Source: Bigelowiella natans CCMP2755
Lineage: Eukaryota; Protista; Cercozoa
Direction of reading: 5' to 3'
Assembly (NCBI GenBank): GCA_000320545.1
Contig: ADNK01001276.1
Coordinates: forward strand, 124,001 to 188,000
DNA: 64,000 nucleotides
The notes under the pieces are model-generated. The model did not search any database. It was not told the origin of the DNA and saw only the letters and a list, made by a program, of their open reading frames with translations. The translations under genes were made by a program, and so were the position numbers. Shown here piece by piece: positions 35,525-49,200 of this stretch. The first letter of the stretch is position 1. The number at the start of each line of letters is the position of its first letter.

Positions 35525-38500
35525 ATGGATAAAAAGCCAAGGGTTTTTCGTTTTGACTCCTCTTCTAACGTTGGAAGCTTTGCCAAGTTGGGTGACAAGC
35601 AACGGCCACCCTCACTCGAAGCTCCTGGCCCCAACTTCTGCATGGTAAACAATTGACACTGGCTTTCGGGTGGGGACTGTGGTTGGAGAGATCAGCTCTT
35701 TCTCTTTGGTCTATTCCGAACTCATGACTTCAACCACCTCATAGGTTCTTCATTTAAACTCATATCTGTGTGACACAATTCATGCAAGGTGAAATTTAAG
35801 GAGTACTAGGACTTGGGATTGCATAGATCTAATGTATCAGGAAGATGAATAGCAATGAAATTAAAGAAAAGGCCCAGGGCTTCCTAAAACAGGCCAACGC
35901 TGAACTCCAAGAGCTCATAGGAGAAGGTCGATTCCATTACTAAACACACTCGAAAAAAAGGCCACCCTTAATTTCCATTTACGTAGGGGGTTCAGAATGG
36001 AAGCAGTGCATAGATTTACCAATACGGTTAAATCGCATTCAAGAGCTAACAGCAAGTATCGATAAACTTGTACTTATAAAGGTAATGCAAAACTCTTTCT
36101 TCTAGGATTTATCAGTGAACGCCGGCTCAGTGTCAAAATGCGTTCTTCGATGTTAAATAAATGCTATTGTATATTAGTCTCCCGGATCGAAAAAATATGA
36201 AAGCTGGATTGCTGCTGATATGGCACGGTTTTTGGAATCGCTCGGGAAAGTTATACAAGGTAATCAACCCTGTGAACAAGTTTGGTAGAGGAGCTCACAT
36301 GGCCTTCTTTCTTAGAAATCAAGTCTAGTGCTGGCAAGGACATAGGTAACGTTCAACATGGCACAAATGTATTCTTTTCAGTCAACGTCATCATGAATTT
36401 TTTAAAAAATCAGAGAAAAAATCTCCCCAACCTGCTACGCCATTGTTGGTGGACACGCCCAGGGAACAATATTTGAAAACAGAAGATATGAAGGTAGTGC
36501 CAAAAAAGTAGAGTGTAGCAAGGGGGTAATCTCACCTTTCTTTGGCTTCATACTACTCAGCCTATCGACGTACCAGAAAGCTTGAATCATGATTTCGCCC
36601 AGTCATTGTCAGCAAGGTGGCCCATTGACCTATTCTTTACAGCCTCGCTTGCTAACCAGACATGATAAAATCATTACTTATCAGGAGGCATAAAGTAGTA
36701 AGCCCAGGTCATAAGCAGGATATCCGTTCCGGTGCTCTTAGTGCACGAATACGCAGCAAACCAAATAGTGGTTATGCAAATAAGAAGGCTCTCTCGAATA
36801 CAACTCCGAAGAAGAAAGGAAAACCTAAGGTAAAGGCTGGGTATGTGCCTCCAACAACGGTAACGCAAGAGATACAAGTATTTTGCGGAAGGGTCCTTCC
36901 TGTGCAAAGAGTTTACAAGGTGAATTGAGTGAGAAGACAGCATCGTAAAGCTGCAATTTCTAATAAATATTTTTCGTTTGCGCAGGGCAAAATGAAAAAA
37001 TCATCAAACAAGTCTCGTGGGCCATCGACGCGACATCGCGTTTCAAGTCGCGCTACAGGTTCTAAAGCATCATCGAAAAGATATTCTCACCCGACGAAGT
37101 TGAAAGAAAAGGCTAGTAGTAGCCGAGAGAAAGGGAGTTCGACCCTGGATCAGGGTGTGTACGGCATACGGGATTACCTCGAGTCCCAGGAGGGCCGCAT
37201 GGTTATCCTTGAGAAGATCAAAGATTGCCGACAGTACGAGGCTGCTGGAGACATCCCCCAAGATGTTTGCTTCGACTATGCAGCATCCGTTTGGAGAAAG
37301 GCACGAGCCTCGAGCCAGCAACTAAAATATAGATATGGGAGAACGCCATCGCTATCGATTCTGCGTGACTCATTCTCGATGTTTGAGCATTCCTCAAACT
37401 TCGGCCACATGCAAAGCATCGATCTTCAGGCATTTTTACACCACGCCCTTGTCCAGGTAGCGATGGGGGACTACGAAGACTCGGATGTTGACGACTGCCA
37501 TATTCAGCCTCTTAGCAGAAAGATGAACGTCGCGAATTTAAAGAACCGCGACGATGTTCTTTCGAGTCCCGGTTCATTTTGCATTTCACCGATTTGCAAG
37601 AGGGAGTTTCGGAACGACCCGCGCTACAATATGCCAGAAGAGCTAGACGACGACAAGTACTACGACACCGACGAGGAAAAGAACAATTTGAAGGGGGATG
37701 GGGACGAAGTACTTCCTTCCCCAGGCGGGCTGATAAGAAGTTTGGCCATTGATGGAAAATGGAAGGAGTCCGCTGTAAAACCTTCCAACGGAGGATCGAA
37801 CGATCCTCGCCTTCCAGACGAGAGCCTGGAGCTAGAATGGGTGTACGGATATAGATCCCGTGATGGGCACTCCAACGTGTTCAGCGACGAGGAAGGTTCC
37901 CTGGTCTATCCAGTGTCATGTGTCGGCGTCGTACACAATGTGCTGGCCAAAACGCAGCGCCATTACCGTGGCCATGCAGGGACTATAACGTGTATCGCAA
38001 GGCATCCGATCAACCGTTCCCTCTTTGCAACTGGCTCGGCTGCGAGCGTGGAGAAGCGCGAGGCGCAACTGCCATGCATACACGTGTGGTCGTCAATGAG
38101 TCCCGACTTCATAGCTATCATCCCTGACGCTCATAAGCGATGCGTGCGGAGCATGGGTTTTTCTCGTGACGGCAATGTTCTAGCGTCTGTTGGTTTCGAT
38201 GAGAACAACAGCATCAACTCGAAGATCTGGGACTGGAAGAAGAAGGAGCTGATTGCACAGCTTAGCATAGGGCTCGAGCTCATCTTTGACCTGTGCTGGT
38301 CGTCCACCGACCCGACTCTGTTCACAACGGTTGGTCGCAATGAGATCTGCAACTGGAAGAACAGTGGTGCAGGGAAGCTTTCGTGCAAGGTGCTCAAACT
38401 TAACGAGGACGTCGCACTCGCAGGCGGCATTGTGTTGCCCCACAAGAGGAAGCCTATCCCCACTGCAGATAAAAAAGCGCGAAAACAACATCAAAGCAGG

Positions 38501-41500
38501 AGGAGTTATCTGTGCGTTACGTACACTCGGTCGGGGGATATGGTTGTAGGTGTGCAAGGATACGGCGACCTCTTGGTGTTCCGAGACAACGAGCACATTA
38601 AGTGCAAGAAGGCTGTGCACAATGGCTCCGTGTACACACTTACAACATGTAAGGATCTATTGCTTTCTGGGGGGAAGGACGGAAAGATTAATATTTTTGA
38701 CTCAAAATACAATCTTATAAAAAGACTCCATTTCCATTCGTCGATAAGGGCAATTTGTGCCAATTCCGAGCAGGCTCCCTTGATTGTTGGAACTGTAAGA
38801 TCCAGGATTTGGACTCTTTCAGACTGGTTAAACACCGCAGACGCCTCCCACGCTAAGATACATATTTCGGGCCATTTTGATGGCGAGCTCCACGGCCTTG
38901 ACATTCACCCGAAGAGCAGCCACATATTTGCAACATCAGGAGAGGACAACCGGATCACACTTTGGGACGCGGAGAAGAGACAAATGATAGCATCGTGGCC
39001 GATGACCGTACGGAGGGGCAAGCGTGTTAAGCGCCGAGGACCAGGAGCCATATCATCCCAGCCCTCCTGGAGGGCCTCCAGGGCTATCGCTTTCTCTCCC
39101 GATGGTCGCCTCATTGCTGTCGGCACTAATTACACAGAGATTCGTATCTTCGACTCTTCCAAGCACAAGGAGGTGCGCTATGTCGATCTGGGGAAACTCC
39201 CCCCCCCACACAATCCCACTTCTTCAAGGGCTCTAAGACCGTCAGATGAGATCGGGAACGGCAAGCGATTCACCTCCCCGATAACATGCATTAAGTACTC
39301 TCCGGATGGTACGATCCTCGCAGCAGGTTTAAATTGCAGCCTGGTGCTTCTTGACGTGAGAAGCGGTAACATCCCGAAGGCACATTTGCCCGTTGAAGGA
39401 GGTGTAGTGAACTTTGACTTCACCGCCAACTCTGAGCATCTTAGAGTGGTTTCGGGGAAATGTGAGCTCCTCTTTTTTGACATTTTCGCCTCCGATCTCA
39501 AGCTGTCGCGCCCCGCGGATGACCCATACACCATCGCAAAAAGGAAGCCTTTCCTAGCAACGCAGTCGTGCATGTTTGACTGGGGCCTCATTGGGCTGCG
39601 AGATCTCAGCGCAGACGGTAAGTGGACCCGTTAACATGCGATACCAACCGGGAAATCAGCTAAGCCTTTTGTTAACATCGTAGTAGCGTAATCTCTATCC
39701 TGTCCTTTGACCGTTGTTCATTTCCTCTCTGTTTCTCCTGTTTGTTGCATGATTGTTGCTCAAAGGTACGGAATACACGTCCGTTTGCATCAACCAGGAC
39801 CATGGCCTGCTAGCAGCAGGAGATTGCTTTGGGAACCTCACCCTAGCGCGGTACCCCATGCTGAATCCAGACAACCAAAGGTACGTACAGAAAACCCACG
39901 CAGAAACCTGCGCCAAGGTTAAGATCGCTCCGAACTTGTCGCGCTTATATACGGTGGGAGGCAGGGATAAGTGCGTGATGCAGTACCGGATTCTCAACCC
40001 GCATAAAAGAGCAATAATACCAGATACCAGCCCCCCCACATCGCCATCTAGGCCCGTCGGCACCAAACGTGAACAAGCAGCGGTGGTTGCACGGAGGGAT
40101 GAGGAGTCATGGGCAGACAAAGGGGAGAGGGTGAGACTTAAGGGAAGGATAAACCAGATGAAGAAGATGATCGAGCAGATGAAGCGCCGATACGTGCCAA
40201 ATCGCAAGCTCATCTCCGAAAATCGTAGCCTCCGCAAGCAAATAGCCATCCTGGATAAGGAGCTCAGGGTACAAGCGAACAAATCTGAAAAGCAAGCACG
40301 CGATGCGAAGGAGCGTCATGCGAACGTTCAAAAGGGCTTGCGGAATAAGATTACACGCCTCATCGATGATCCTCCGACACAGGCAATGGTTAGCGAGAAT
40401 AAAAGATTGAAGGAACAGGTCGAAGATCTGAGGCAGGACAATCGACGCATCCTGGAGGACCTAAACAACGTGAAAGAGGCAGCTGACATTAGCGACATCG
40501 ACAAGCTGCGAGAGTGCAAGATCAGGCTCAAACAGGCTCAAAGAAAGATTAAGGATCTCGAAGGGAGGCTCGAGGTTGTGGCTGACAAGTTGGATTGTGA
40601 ACGTTCGCGGGCCTCTCAGGCGGAGAAGAATGCCGATAAGCTGCGGCAAAAGGCAGAGAGGGAGAGCCGTCACACGGACAGCAAGACTAGGATATTGCAG
40701 AAAGAGTCAAGTGATAAGTCTGAGAAGCTTAAAAAGTCCGAGTCTAAGATTCGCAAGCTGGAAAAGCAAGTCCTTGCACTGAAAAAGGGCAAGGATGAAG
40801 CGCACCAAAAGGCCCAAAAGGACTCTCAAAGCCTCACGGAGCAGCTGCAGAAGCACCGCCAAGAAATGGATGTGAAGGTCAAGCAGCTCGAAACCAGCCA
40901 GCAAGATCTGCAGAGTAAGGTGGATATGAAAGTGAAAGAACTCGAAACCCGCAACAAAGAATTTGCAGCGCTCCAGGCCCAGGAAGTGGAAGCCAAGAAC
41001 CAAGTCAAACAGTTGCAAGGTCAGGTGAAGGATGAGAAGGATAGAGTAAAGGCAATCAGCAAACAGCTGGAAGAGAACGTCCTACAACAGGAAGTCACCG
41101 ATTTGAAGTCGAAAATCACGAAACTTAGCGAGGAAAAGAAGAATATAGAGGAGGAGCTCCGCACCGCAAAGAGTCTTTACTTAGGGAAAGCGGACGATCA
41201 AGACCTTATCCAGGAAATGGAGAAGAAACTACAAGATTCGCAAACGAACCTCAGGAAGATGAAGGAGGCTATCGAACAAGGCAAGAAGGAATCCCAGAAA
41301 CTTCTGGAAGAGAACAAAAAATTAATCGACGCCAGAGATGACATGCTAATTGACTACACGGAAGCCCAGGAGGAGCTGGTCTCCCTACGAGAAGCCAGCA
41401 TGAAGGCCAATAACTCTAACGACGAGCTTGCCAAGTTGAAGAAGGAAGTTGAAATCCTTAAGAAGGAGAACGTAAGTCTGAGGTCAACTCTGATGGAAGA

Positions 41501-43028
41501 TGACGACTTGGACTTAGACATGGCTGATGAACTTACAGCGCTTAGGGAGAACAATCGCAAGCTCAAGGAAGAGGCGGAGAGCTTCAGACTAATCACTCGA
41601 ATGCCCAGCAAATATGAACTGAACGAAACTAAATCTGAGCTGGACGACCTTGAAGAGAGCCGAGACCGTCAGGATTCAGGCGAAATTAACCTCCCCGATC
41701 CAGTAAAGGACTTAAAAATCAATCTGCCGTCGTCGCTTGGCAACAAGAGAGACAGCCCGCTCTTCAATACCAAGGTAAAATGCGGTAATTGCGAAGACAA
41801 GTACGCCGTTACGTTCTGTAGTGAGTGCCCGAAGAACAGGGAGCTGTGCCAAGAGTGTGATGAAGAGATCCACCGAGTTAAAAAGAAATCGGGGCACAAG
41901 CGTGTGCCTTTAACCAAGAGTAGGTCTTCCCTTGCAGCAACGGATGGAAGCAACTTTCAGCTGCCAGCAGTGTTCAAACGAAGATTAAGTATTAAACCGG
42001 ATCAATTTCCTACGCCAAGCGGTGCTCATAGTAACGTCGCCAAATCACCCCAGCTTGGAGTTACATCGCCCGCCTCACTCGCTTCGCCAAGTGTAGTATC
42101 TCCTCTGAACCCCACCTCCGTTTCTCGAAAAGAGACGGAACAGAAGGAACGTAGAAGCGAGGAGAAGACACCTGCAAAAAGAGAAGAGATTGCTGTAAAA
42201 CCAGCATCTGCCGCCTCTAACATCAAAGCTCCTCAGGCCTCCGTATCGATAAAAGATGTACTGGAAAACACCGGACGCAAGCCCTTGGCTGAAATCAAGG
42301 AGACTGTCGATGTAAAGCAGATGCCTGCTATTTCAAAGCAAGACCCCCAAAAGCCTCCGCCAAACAACGTGCCACCTCCCTCTGCCAGCGTAAAAATTTG
42401 CCAAGAATGCGAATGTGACGATGCTGTCTATGATTGCTTCGAGTGCAAAATGGCCTTTTGCCCTGACTGCAACGAGGACGTGCACGAAAACGAGGCGAAA
42501 GCCTCGCATAGAAGATTTTTGAGGAAGAGAGAAGAAAAACATAAATCTATGTCATCATCGTCATCGTCGTCATCGTCGTCGCTACCTCCTTTGTCGAATA
42601 AAGCAAGCAGTAGCACTACTAGCTTGAAGAAGATCTCGAGCAAAGCCCCAATAGTTCCTCCAGCAATCCCTTCTACGATTAACCAGAAGATATGCCAAGA
42701 ATGCGAATGTGATGATGCTATTTACGATTGCATCGGGTGCAACATGGCCCTCTGTGCAGATTGTGAATCAGACAAACATTCAGATGCCGCAAAGGCCGCG
42801 CACAAGCGCATTTTGAGAAAACCAGGACACCTTAGCAAGACTCCAGAAGTTTCATCCTCAACTCCTACAACAACAAACGTGAAAATGTGCCAAGAATGCG
42901 AATGTGACGACGCTGTTTTCGATTGCATCGAATGCAACATGGCCCTTTGCGCAGACTGCGATTCAGACAAACATTCAGATGCGAACGATTCCAACAAGGC
43001 AACGCACAAGCGAATCGAAAGAAAATGA
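35525..43028 (+). CDS. EML (EMAP-like) HELP/WD40 protein fused to a long coiled coil and four B-box-type zinc fingers
   Basis: HELP motif LELEWVYGYRSRD, WD40 repeats (GHFDGELHGL, FATSGEDNRITLWD); intron 39618-39765 joins the 901-aa and 1091-aa ORFs in frame; CxxC-x7-CxxC..CxxC-x3-H repeats. The small 5' exons (35525-36830) are tentative. Confidence 0.88.
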
Positions 43029-43356
43029 TAGTGAATTGCATTGTGTACCGATTCAGAGACACTTTATTCTGAAGAGATGTATATCTTGCTGGGAAAAAAT
43101 GTACATTTTTCGATGATTGTGACATCACAATATAACCATACTAGCATTGTCACTGCCGTAGCAATAAAGTCAAATAATTCAAGTTGTTTCTTGTTTGCGC
43201 AAGCATGTCTGCATCATGAGAGCAATGGACGTGTGGACTCTCTCTCCCTCTCTCTCTCTCTCTCTTTCTGTGTGTGTGTGTGTGTGTGTGTATGTGACGT
43301 GTGTGTCAGCTGGACACAGAATACGCTAGACATGCTTGGCATGCACTACACAGCTG

Positions 43357-43453
43357 TAAGATGGATGTAACCAATCAATTAAATTTGTTAAATGGTCATC
43401 CTTATATGTGAGACGGATGTAATGAAGAATTAAATTTTTTCAATGGTCATCCT
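43357..43453 (+). repeat. Second tandem pair of the GGATG...GTCATCCT dispersed repeat
   Basis: Similar to 4809-4915. Confidence 0.75.
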
Positions 43454-44199
43454 TATATGTAGCTATGCAATGCAGCGGCTACAGCGCTAATGTTCAATCT
43501 GTTGGTTTCCGCTATGATGTGTTTCATACAATCAAATGCATGTTGTTTCGGTCTATCTGGAATGTCTGTGCAGAATGGTGTTTCTATGTTGCACATAAAT
43601 ACACCGCAGCGCTACGATACGTTTGATTCCGTTCGTTGCTCACATTGCAAGCTGCATGGGCTCTGGCTCACAATGCAATGAACCGTAGCACACTTACTTA
43701 GCTAGCTAGCGATGTACGCGCTTATTATTCATGCTAACAACTGTTGCGCTCATGGTATTGCATCATCAATGTGCGTGCTGCAGCGTGGCGAGTAGGTAGA
43801 AGCAGCGCGGCAGAGACGCACAGCCGATAGATATGTACGTACGCTGCCACGTCGCGTGTACAAGCTAGTGCTGGCGACAATGGGGGGCGTATATATACGT
43901 ACTAATTACACGTAATAGCTACATACATGTACAGTATTTCCCAGCGGGCATCTACATATTAGTAGGAGATTTACACAAGTTCAATCATTGATAATATTTC
44001 ACGACGAACATAAATATGCATTTGAAAAGCGTGCTTGTACAGACAAGACTTTGTTTGCTGGCATTTTAGCTTCTGTACTCTCTCGCCCACCGTCTCCTGC
44101 AGCGATCAAATCTAATCATATGTAGGTCTCATATCATCGAAGCATACGTTCTTGATGCAGCTGGTTCTTGCATAGTAGCTGCTCTTCTTATGGTCAGTA

Positions 44200-44799
44200 C
44201 TAAGCAGCCTCATGCCCTCCTTGCGTTTTCTCGATGTTATCCACGACTCCATAATGAATCACGGAGCAGAGGGGGCGTGCCTGTAGCGTTGGTGTGGAAG
44301 ACAACGTGTTAGAATTTAGCAGCTGGCCAGCAAACGATGACACCGTTCCTGAGCGAGTAGCATTTACTAATACCAACTAAATGAATGATCTGATTACCAG
44401 AATCCACCAAGTAGGAAGGAGCAGGAAGTACGCCAAGTAGCTAGTGTGTTCCAACCACATTTCCGTTCGAATTTGCAATTCTCGTGACGACTCTCCTCCT
44501 TCCTCCCCTTGCACTCCGACGCTTCCTTCTATGTTAGCCGGTGTTCCTCCTTCCTCAATGATCACCGAAAAGGCCAGTTTTGACACCCTGAAGAAAGTCA
44601 CGATTTTGGAGGTGTTCAAATCAAAAAAGCAGAATCCCCCCCACTCATGGTACTGCGTGACGCCTGCATCTACTATCACAAGGAAAATGCAGAAGTCATT
44701 CTTCTCAGCCTCTCAAAATTTACCATGGATAATCGTCGCACGCCCATCGAAACTTGTGCCAGTCTGCAGGGCCATACAAAGTAGGCGCCGTCCTATTGC

Positions 44800-44831
<32 letters not shown>

Positions 44832-45981
44832 CAAGTTAAAAAGCAGCAGTATGATTCTCACTGTTCCGCAAAACGCCACCACGAAGCGGCTCCTGGCATA
44901 ATAACTAACCAGTCACGATTCTTCCCAATGCTGTCATGACAACTAGCAAATGGGACGGTGATGTGGGCTTTTTGATTGGTTGGTTGAATGATTGATTGAT
45001 CGATTGATTGATTGATTCGTTCCTTCTCTCGAAATGCTGATGGCACACCACCTTCCCATCGGAGGCAGCAGACGCCCCATTCCAATCTCCTGCTTAGGAA
45101 GCTTGTTGTATAGACCTGCTCCTACTTCACGATTACTCGGCGGCTGCTGCTTCTCCCTTGTTCCTCCTTCCCCCTCCTGTTTATTAAACTGGATGATTTC
45201 CCCAGGAGTCGAAGGATCTGGAGGCTGACGGCGAGGATAAGGCGATATAACTTCTGTGCGCTTGCCAATCCGCAGCCAACCCATGTCCTATTTTCGCCAA
45301 GATGATCACAAATGGTGATGATGATGATGATGATAATAATGACTACAATGGTGGTGGTGGTGGTGGTGGTGGTGGTGGTGGTGACTGGCGTCGTCGTGTT
45401 AACAAGACATTTACTCATACTGCTGCATTCTTCTACTTACCCCAAGACTTTCCATAGAGCACATATCTCCGTCGTCGGGCGCGTTAGAAGATTCAACCTA
45501 GTTGCACACCGCACTTCCATTTTAAGCAAGTTTGCGGTGTACTAGGACGACGATTTCTCTTCCAGCAAGTTACTAATCGCATATTTCTAAGCGCGTGCAT
45601 TTGGCCATGTAAAAGAGACCGATTTGCATTCTACGAGGACGACGACGAATACAACCACCACCATCACCACGGTATACAATTCAATCACCTGAAAGGTGGC
45701 CATATGTTTAAAAATGAATCTGTGTAGACGGGAATGTGCCAGCCGCATATGGATTGCGCTGTGTAGGAGCTTCTTCACGCTCAGGTCCATTGGCACCCTC
45801 ACCGTCTGACAGAGGAACTTTGATTCAACTTATGCTTTATGAAGATGGTCGGATTTGTGGTTGTTGGTGATGATGATGGATGGTATGGTAGGGTGCCACT
45901 AGCACGGCACTGCTGCAACTTGTTAATTACGAGCTGCTGCTGCCATATCCCCTGTTTTCTACCTTCCCCCTCTCCAAAATG

Positions 45982-46017
<36 letters not shown>

Positions 46018-46800
46018 GCTGCCAATCTACTAATATTTCTGCTGCCACTAATGCTCACTCACCGAATCAAGTCTCCGAGAATGCCTAATTTTATCCGTAG
46101 CCATGTGTGCTGGAAATGCCTGCTCAAGTAATGTCGATTCGGCGATAGTAGATGTTTTCGAAGAAGAAGTAGAAGAGGAAGAAGAAGAAGAAGAAGATGA
46201 TGATGATGAAGAGTCCGCTGATGCATGCCCCCCCCCCCCAGCTGACGAAGAGCCGCAACTGTGCGTAGCAGCGTCTACGGGTGATGTTGATGATGATGAA
46301 GATGAGGAGCTGCTGCTGACAGAGCTATTTTGAACAATTGGCGAGGCAGCAGCCGTTGATAGATTTAAGCCCTAATCATAGGCGAGTAGTCAGTAGTTGT
46401 TGCAGTTTCAGTTTTGGAGAGAGAGAAAGAGAGAGAGAGGGGGAGGGGAGGGAGTGATTGATCTAAACCTACGATTCAGTACTTTCAATAGATTAAAATC
46501 ACATTTCAAGTTATAAAAATAGCTGCAATGGATTCCTTCAAATTCAACCTTGCGTGTATTATTCTCTATGAGGACGTCGCTGCGTCCTGGTGACTGTGAT
46601 GGTGGGAAATGATGCATTCATTTTACGTCGTTCTCAAACACGATAAGGTCATCTGGATCGTTTGCTGTACCTTCGAACTATCTTCCAACTTCACGCCTTT
46701 CTTTCCGTTATGTTGCGGGGTTTCTGCCATCCCTGAGATGACGGCGTGCTGGCCCTTCGTTAGCTGCGGCATATACCGTACATATCAGTGGATGCTTACA
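44200..46800 (-). CDS. Hypothetical multi-exon protein
   Basis: Several coding-like segments bounded by GT/AG and separated by microsatellite introns (e.g. VRVPMDLSVKKLLHSAI, DAGVTQYHEWGGFCFFDL); function and boundaries unclear. Confidence 0.45.
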
Positions 46801-48105
46801 GCTTTTTCACTAATCACCATACGCTACTACCATAACACCATCCTATACACAGTTGAGACCACCAACCTCAATGAACCATCCACCACTATTAATAATTTTA
46901 TGCGCCTAGCTAATACGCAGGCCTCGAAATCCTGTGCTGTCAATGAAGCGATGATGCTGCTGCTGCTGCTGCTGCTGCTGCTGATGATGACGAGACGATG
47001 ACTCAACGACAATAGGGCGGTGGACAAAGTGAAAAATAATACCGATGGCAGGGCTAGACGAACTCTCATCTTGTTCGCCGCCGTGAAGCCCCGCGAGAGG
47101 CGCAGAGGGAGGGATCTCGTCGAGTGCATTGGTTGGTGGGTGAATGAGATGTATCAAAAGGGAAATGGTCGCAACCCAACAACACAACAACACCCACACA
47201 CACTGTGGCACACCAAGAACATAGGCCGATTTGCTACTGTGACAACGAGTACAACTGGCTGCCGCCTTTTTGAATGTTTTTTTGCATGAAAAATCCATGT
47301 CGCACAGCCCCTTTTCCCCATGTTTTTGAGTTGATTTCTCGAGCCGTACGCAATTGTGGCCTCTCTCCAGTCCCACAACCACAACGCGCACGTGTTGCAA
47401 CAGGGACGGCGACGACATCTTGCATGCCGATGATGACAATTGCTGGGCATCAGCATCGCCTAGGTCGCAGCCATGCTAGCAGCCCCAAAGCCGCGTCAAT
47501 GGTGTGTCGTTTCAACGTTTCGCCATGCACACGCACGTCCGCGATGCTGTGAACAATTCTGGAATTTGATTGATCAGTCCACAACGCGCTGTGGCGCGGC
47601 ACGTTGCTAGCGTTGCTAGCTAGGATGGCACGCCAGCACGCAAACGTGCGATCAAAGACTGCTCTGGTGCTGGCATGCGCACATGTTGCTTGTTGTTCTG
47701 CACGTCGCTCTACTGGCGGAATGAGGGATGTTGCGCGTAAGGTGTTCACAGGCCGAGGCGCTACGTGCACAAGTAGGCAGGGGGGGGGAAAGGCACGTTT
47801 GCTTCCTTTTGAAGAGTTGTGTTTATTTTTATTAAAGATTATATTTTTATTAAATCGTGCACTGCGTAATCATTCGCGAAGCTTTCGCGAATGCCGCCGC
47901 ACGTGGGGCAGCACACTTCCGGTGTGCTGCCATGAGTCCCGCCGGAACCCACGTGCCTATGCTGTATTAATATCTACGTTATCTATATTCTATATCCGCG
48001 ACAACCCCTTTGTTGTCGCACGTGACTTGTGCCCGCGTAGTGGTACGCGCTACACCTCCCCCAAGTCACGTTGCTCCTTCCTTCCTTCCTTATTCCCTTA
48101 GACCT

Positions 48106-49200
48106 TCATCGCTTTCGGAACTTCACCAACCACCAGGTAATAGATTCCTCTCTAACCTTATCTCCTTTGTCGCTTACCCAGAACTCACCTTCGTCCTTAG
48201 GTTCGTGTCCATACCAGCCCTCTGCATCAAGGTCCCCCAGGACCTTATACCAGTGCTCAAAGGGTAAGTCGGGAACAGCTAGGTAGAGTAGCTGATATTT
48301 TCCGTCCTTTATTTTCATAGCTACCCTCTCCATATTTCGTAATCCAGGGTAGCCTAGATAGACAATCTTCATGCGCCAATCGTCGTTCACCCTGACCTTA
48401 TTGTTTCCATATTCCACATCGAACTTAGGTCGGGGTCCTAAACAAGGCATTGCTCGCTCCCACACAGTAGGGTTTACTTTAACATCCTCTAGGAGCTTCT
48501 CACCGATATCATAATTCTTTAGGTGACTGATGTGGCGCAAGGTGACCCTGTTCCCATCATAGATGTAGTACTGCTTCCTCCCCTTCCTCTCGGTAACCTT
48601 TGCAACGCCACCCCAGAAGGGGTCTTGTTTATTTCTCGATCTCAGATTTACCTTGGCCCTAACATACTGTCCTTCCTTTAGAACTCGGCCATCGTACGGG
48701 ACCTTCTCGTCTTCGCTCTCGGTATCGTCGTCGTTGTCGTCGCCTTCTTCCCTCTCCTTATCCTTGATACCTCCCCCAGACGTGAAGGTGTCGTTTACTA
48801 ACCCTTGTATCTTGTCTGGTGTGGTGCTATTTATCCTGCTTAGGTTGGCCAAGGTGCGGTGGAGTCGCTCTACCTTGGAGTTGGACTGGGCATAGTATAC
48901 AGGTGAGGCATCAATATTAGGGTGTGGTAGCTGTAGAAGAGAGGTCTCATTATCCACATGTAACTTCTTTGGTATCTTGTTTATGCTAACTTCATCAGGG
49001 ATAGCCTGGAGCTCAGACTCCCAGGTACGGTAGCAGTTAGTAAGCCTCTGCTTATATAAGCCTTTGTTCTTCTTAGCAACGTTGACCTTGATAATCTTTT
49101 TAACCCAGCACTTTCCAGTGGCCACATCAACGAAGGTAAGGTAGTGATAGCCATCGTACTTATAAACATCAATTTGCACGATATCTAAGAAGTTCCTTGC
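48106..49200 (-). pseudogene. Integrase core + SH3-like + methyltransferase-like domain of copy 2, lacking the zinc finger
   Basis: Same translation as the copy 1 C-terminal 357 aa; the N-terminal part is removed by the deletion. Confidence 0.9.
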
